64,000 bases of DNA from Malacoraja senta (taxonomy: Eukaryota), in NCBI GenBank assembly GCA_038087875.1, contig CM075988.1, positions 13,330,001-13,394,000 of the forward strand, read 5' to 3'. Position numbers and translations under genes: made by a program. Of the stretch, positions 59,723-64,000 are shown one piece after another (the first letter of the stretch is position 1; every line of letters starts with the position of its first letter). The notes under the pieces were generated by a model. That model worked only from the letters and a program-made list of their open reading frames with translations, was not told where the DNA came from and made no database searches.

Positions 59723-62074
59723 ACGGCCCGACCCTTGGGAGCCGCCACAACTATTAATATAAATCTTACCTCCTGAGCAAAGGTGTGACCTATACACACC
59801 TTAATTACCAGGTTGAGTTTGTGTTTCTTCATGCGTATAAAGTGGCAAAAAATATCTAATTTCATTTCAAAGCATTTCTTTATTAGAACATACATTTCTT
59901 TGCAATGTAAATTGTTATTATGGTTGTTTGCTATTTGGTATCCTTTCATTATAGTACTAAATTTCAACATTATATTTGGATTCACTTTTTTTTTAGCCAG
60001 AATCACATTGTACTTCTGAATGCCGTTCAAATGTATTGAATTTTTGGTTACTTTGTTGATAACACATGAGTGCAAATTGCTATTGACTGCAATTTTGTTA
60101 CAACTGTCACCAGTAATTTAATGATTTTTGTAATTTAACTGCTTGCAAATTAGTCATGAATAATGATAATTAATGTGTTCACTATTATGATAAGGATGTG
60201 ACAAAGAGGTTTGTATGAAAATCAGAAAATTGTAAATTTGGTAAAACTGAAGCCGTAAATGACAGAAACTCTCATCAGATTACACAGTATTACATAGTAT
60301 TATTGGAGACCAGAAAAAAAGTTCATGTTTCAGGTCGAAGACATTGACAAAATGAGGATAGAAAAATAAATTAGTTTTAAATTCCAGTTCCCCTAAATAT
60401 TGTAATTGTCAATAAATTACACACGCAGACCTAAGAACGTTCAAAGTTCAGAGTTCTTCACCTGTCCTGGAAGATGTCTATTAGTTTTCTTTACTTATTA
60501 AATTAGTTCTTACATGTTAGTCATTTCCCCCAATAGTTTTATTTGTGCAATTTACACATATTGAATCAGGAAAAGCATTTGCATTATTATTTATCAGCAA
60601 AATATGAAAAGATTCCCTTTCACTGTCAGATACTAATAGCGTACAGAGCAGCACTTTTTAAAATATCGTTGATTGTGCAAAATGGCTAACAATTCTGGTC
60701 CAAATTTTAAAATGATTACCCGGGCAAGCCAATTATTTAAAGCAAACATTATACATAAAACAAGAGAATGGAGCGCATTGGAGATCTTGTAAGCTAAACC
60801 AGTTCATTTTTCGAAAATGTGACTTTGATATGCTGACAATTTAAAAGAAAAGCGTTGGTGTACGGATAGTGCGGAAGGTGATCAATTAAGAGATTAAGCA
60901 TTTTGCAGCACATGGGGCGCATCTGCATTTTCTCCTAATAACAAGGCCATCAGCTCATTTTCAGAACATGGCTCTCTACTTCAGTTCAGGCTTCACTTCA
61001 AAGACCCAACGTCTGCCTGTGCTATTTAATCAGAGAAGGGATGCTAATTTGAGCCCCTTAATGTGTGGTGGTAAGAGACTCCTTCAATTAACTGAATTCT
61101 ATAGTAAGAGAATAAAGGGATGCAAACAGAGTCGAACTGGAAAGGCAGATTTCTCATTAAATCAAAAGGTCCGGCTTTCATTATCTCTCGCATCTGAGGC
61201 TAAACACTAAATACACACAGGATATCAAAGGGTCCGTGATAGGTTAAATAGGGAATGCAATCTAATTAAAATATTACATATGGGTAAATAGCTCTTTGAT
61301 ATTCATCTAAAGGTTCCATTAAAGAAATAGGTGCTTCAGATTTGTATTATGGGGGGGATTATCACTTTAAAGTATGGACAACAAGTTTGTGCCTAATCAG
61401 AACTGCTTCAAAGTGTCATCATTTTTGTGACCCATTTGCAGAACCAGCCGAGAATGGGGAAATATGCTGATATTTGGGCTAAGAAAGACCATTTGATATG
61501 ATGCAATATAGCAGCAGGTGCACACATCATGGAAGGTTGAGGGAGGTAACTACGGGAGACAGGGCAGATCAAGGGAAGACAGCATCATTCAACAGTTGGA
61601 AAGGGCAAGATGAATTTGATACACAAATGGATAAATATGTATATAGTTATGTATGTATACATCGAGATTCCACTCATTCATATAGCAAAGGCATTGGTTG
61701 ATCCTACAAGCTTGCTCTTTTCACCATTCTAGTAATTGTTCTGGACCTCTGCCCACTTCTGATTAATTTTGTCATCTCTCAATTTTATTTGTCCATATTA
61801 TTTGACACTGGGTTCAGAATGGGATCTCAATCTGTTTTTTTGTCATTTGTCCATTTTAACAGACTTCAAATTAAGATTATATTTATTTAGGTTGTCTGTC
61901 AATCAACATCAACACTGAACAAAAAGAATTCTGCTCAGGAGCAAGGATACCTTTCCTCAAAACGTTTGGACGAGCTTGCATGGACAATTCAAAGCATTCA
62001 GTTTACAAAACTCAGAACAATATTAAAGCATTAAAGATAACCATCATATTAACAACCACCATTCCCTTTATGTA

Positions 62075-62702
62075 ATTATAAAACAATATCGATGCAGAAA
62101 TGGGAAGACAACAGGTTGCTTTCCGTTTGTGATGTGCCAGCTGTTGTTCAGTAACTGATTGCACATTGGAACAAAAGGAGAAAATTAGCTTGGGTCCTTG
62201 CACAAAAGGTATCTTGCAGATTCATAAAGCATTATCTATTTTTAAGCCATCACAATGTTCTCTCAGGATTGGCCACCACTCCTCCTTTCTCATACAAAAT
62301 ATTTTAAGAACAAAGTATCAGAAAGGTGGATCATTTCATGTTACTGTACTGCCTTGATCTCTGTTTTTCATTTCTTTAGCGGTATGTGTGCATGAACAAT
62401 TTTAAATATCACGCATACTTACATTCCACTCGGAAAATTAAAAAAGAGAGCTCCAAGCAACACATGGAATTATCAATTTTTCAGATTCTTTCCTCTTAAA
62501 CTTTTTGCATGAAAAAGGTAGGATGGGGGCCAATTGCGGTGTCTTAAAAATAGATAATACTTCATGAGTTTGTAAGATGCCTTTGCGTAAGGTCCCAAGG
62601 TAATTTTCTCATCTTGTTCTAATGTGCAAACAACATCTGGCACATCACAACAGATGTTGGCTGCTGGCTTTCCATTTCGACATTTATTTTGTTGTATAAT
62701 AA
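62075..62702. repeat. Old fold-back element with about 200-230 bp inverted arms
   Basis: 62075-62310 aligns to the reverse complement of 62490-62702 (e.g. ttgtgatgtgccag, gagaaaatta.cttggg.cctt, attatctatttttaag). Confidence 0.75.
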
Positions 62703-63009
62703 ATAAATAAAGAGTCAGAAACAGAAAATTATTTAGAAATGGGGGGAAAAAAAGAGAAATATATGCAAGTTTCTGACCTTGTAGATGGGGCAGGGAAAGT
62801 GGGAAAGACAGGAGTAAAGATCCATAGCACAGCAGAACGCAGGAGAGATTAAATGACAAAAATCACAACAAAAATCTTGCCGCTGAGAATTTCCTCAACC
62901 GTCAAGAGCAATTAAAAGTATAAAATGTGAAGAACAAATTAAGGATTACTAAATTGTTAGAAGTCTACAAAAGTAAGTAAAATTTTGAATGATGTGTTAT
63001 TGGTTAGTA

Positions 63010-64000
63010 GTTATATGTTCACAGAAAACTGGATAAGATCACAAAATTTAAACCTCAATCATATAGTCCTGTGTAAAAAAAATAGTATTTTATCAGTTTA
63101 TCTTTTTAAAGTGGTGTAGCAATGTTACAACATTTTGAGATTTAAAAAATCAAGTCTGCAATTTATTCCATCAGATAAAGCATAAAAGGAAGTTTAATTT
63201 GACACCTAATTCACTTTCATATCTTCAGTATTAAAAAAGTTATGGCCATTTGCATATTCGGAAATTAGCATCTTGTTCCCTATTGCTTTTGCATTGATTT
63301 AACACAAAAGATGTAATCGAGGACAGTCAAAAGCCCATAACTTTCTTAAAAATTATAAGAAATGAATGAATTTTCAGTTATTATAGATTGAAGCATTCTG
63401 AAACAAATATAAAACATCTTACTTGGATGACCTGAAATTAAAGCATATAATTAGTTAATTACCTAATTATAGTCAGTTAGAAAATTGACCGTTGTGACGG
63501 AAATACTAATAAACACCCAGACTGCCTTGAAAATTCAAATTTGTGATATTCTCAAGATCAGAACTTTAATATTATTGTATTATATGCTGTAAGTCCGTAA
63601 CAGATAGGTAAATAAATTACAATTTCTAGCAATAGACCAAGTCTTTATGGAGAAGATCAGTTGCTAGCTGCCCATGACATGCCTTTCTGTCCACTGCTTT
63701 CCCATTAAGAATGTCCTGTAGATTCCATTTCTTAAGAAAAGGATATTTTTTTTAAATAGCCTAAGTATCTAAATAATAAACTAATCCCATTCACACAAGA
63801 ATTCACAATATAACATGATTTTTAAATCCCACTGTCATGAATACATATGCCAGATGGACGGAATTTGATATTTAATTCCCATAAATTAATCTAGAAACAT
63901 CCACTCAATATAATCAAAACTTTTATTTGTTTGCACAATACATGGGACTAAAACTGATATTTAGTATAAAAATATTGACTATGGGTAGACAATAACACAA
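63010..64000. mobile_element. Possible AT-rich non-autonomous DNA transposon, running off the window end
   Basis: Recurrent aaaagttatgg / ccataacttt motifs and composition typical of DNA-transposon subtermini; ends not defined. Confidence 0.3.

Larger units (their letters stand above)
57742..59749 (-). mobile_element. Ty3/Gypsy LTR retrotransposon, internally deleted (RNase H and integrase remain)
   Basis: ACTA TSD at 57738-57741 and 59750-59753; TG...CA ends; RNase H motifs (TVDASESAVGAVL, FDRELLALY, TDHKPL, NRVADALSR); integrase HHCC and DDE (HMDIVGPL, SDRGPQF, NGLVERFH); GPF motif RPYEGPFRV. Confidence 0.93.

Noticed and set aside
57800-59750. GC-rich block with long ORFs on both strands, resembling bacterial contamination or a horizontally acquired gene
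   Set aside because: LTR, PPT, TSD and RNase H/integrase motifs identify a Gypsy element; the opposite-strand and alternate-frame ORFs (e.g. 59084-59776, 59056-60075) reflect high GC content.

Overview
AT-rich, intron-containing vertebrate DNA; the repeat content (HE1-type V-SINEs, CR1, Rex1/Babar, abundant Penelope-like fragments) points to a cartilaginous fish, probably a skate or ray (inference). Two spliced + strand genes are present: a LIM2/MP20 lens membrane protein (4 coding exons, 22915-27787, 173 aa) and BSX, brain-specific homeobox (3 coding exons, 42821-48466, 236-237 aa). Several homeodomain-motif-rich non-coding blocks around them look like enhancers, and a CpG-retaining domain covers BSX. 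The rest is retroelement and DNA-transposon debris, including an internally deleted Gypsy element with a 4-bp TSD and a hAT-like insertion with an 8-bp TSD. The most notable signal is the dominant short repeat. It derives from a Penelope-like element, carries a minimal hammerhead-ribozyme-like core (CTGAAGA-A-stem II-GAAACGTC), and is repeatedly inserted as 0.1-0.9 kb units, mostly fold-backs, between 14-16 bp target-site duplications. This resembles a non-autonomous, ribozyme-bearing (retrozyme-like) family. No database searches were run; family names come from recognised motifs.
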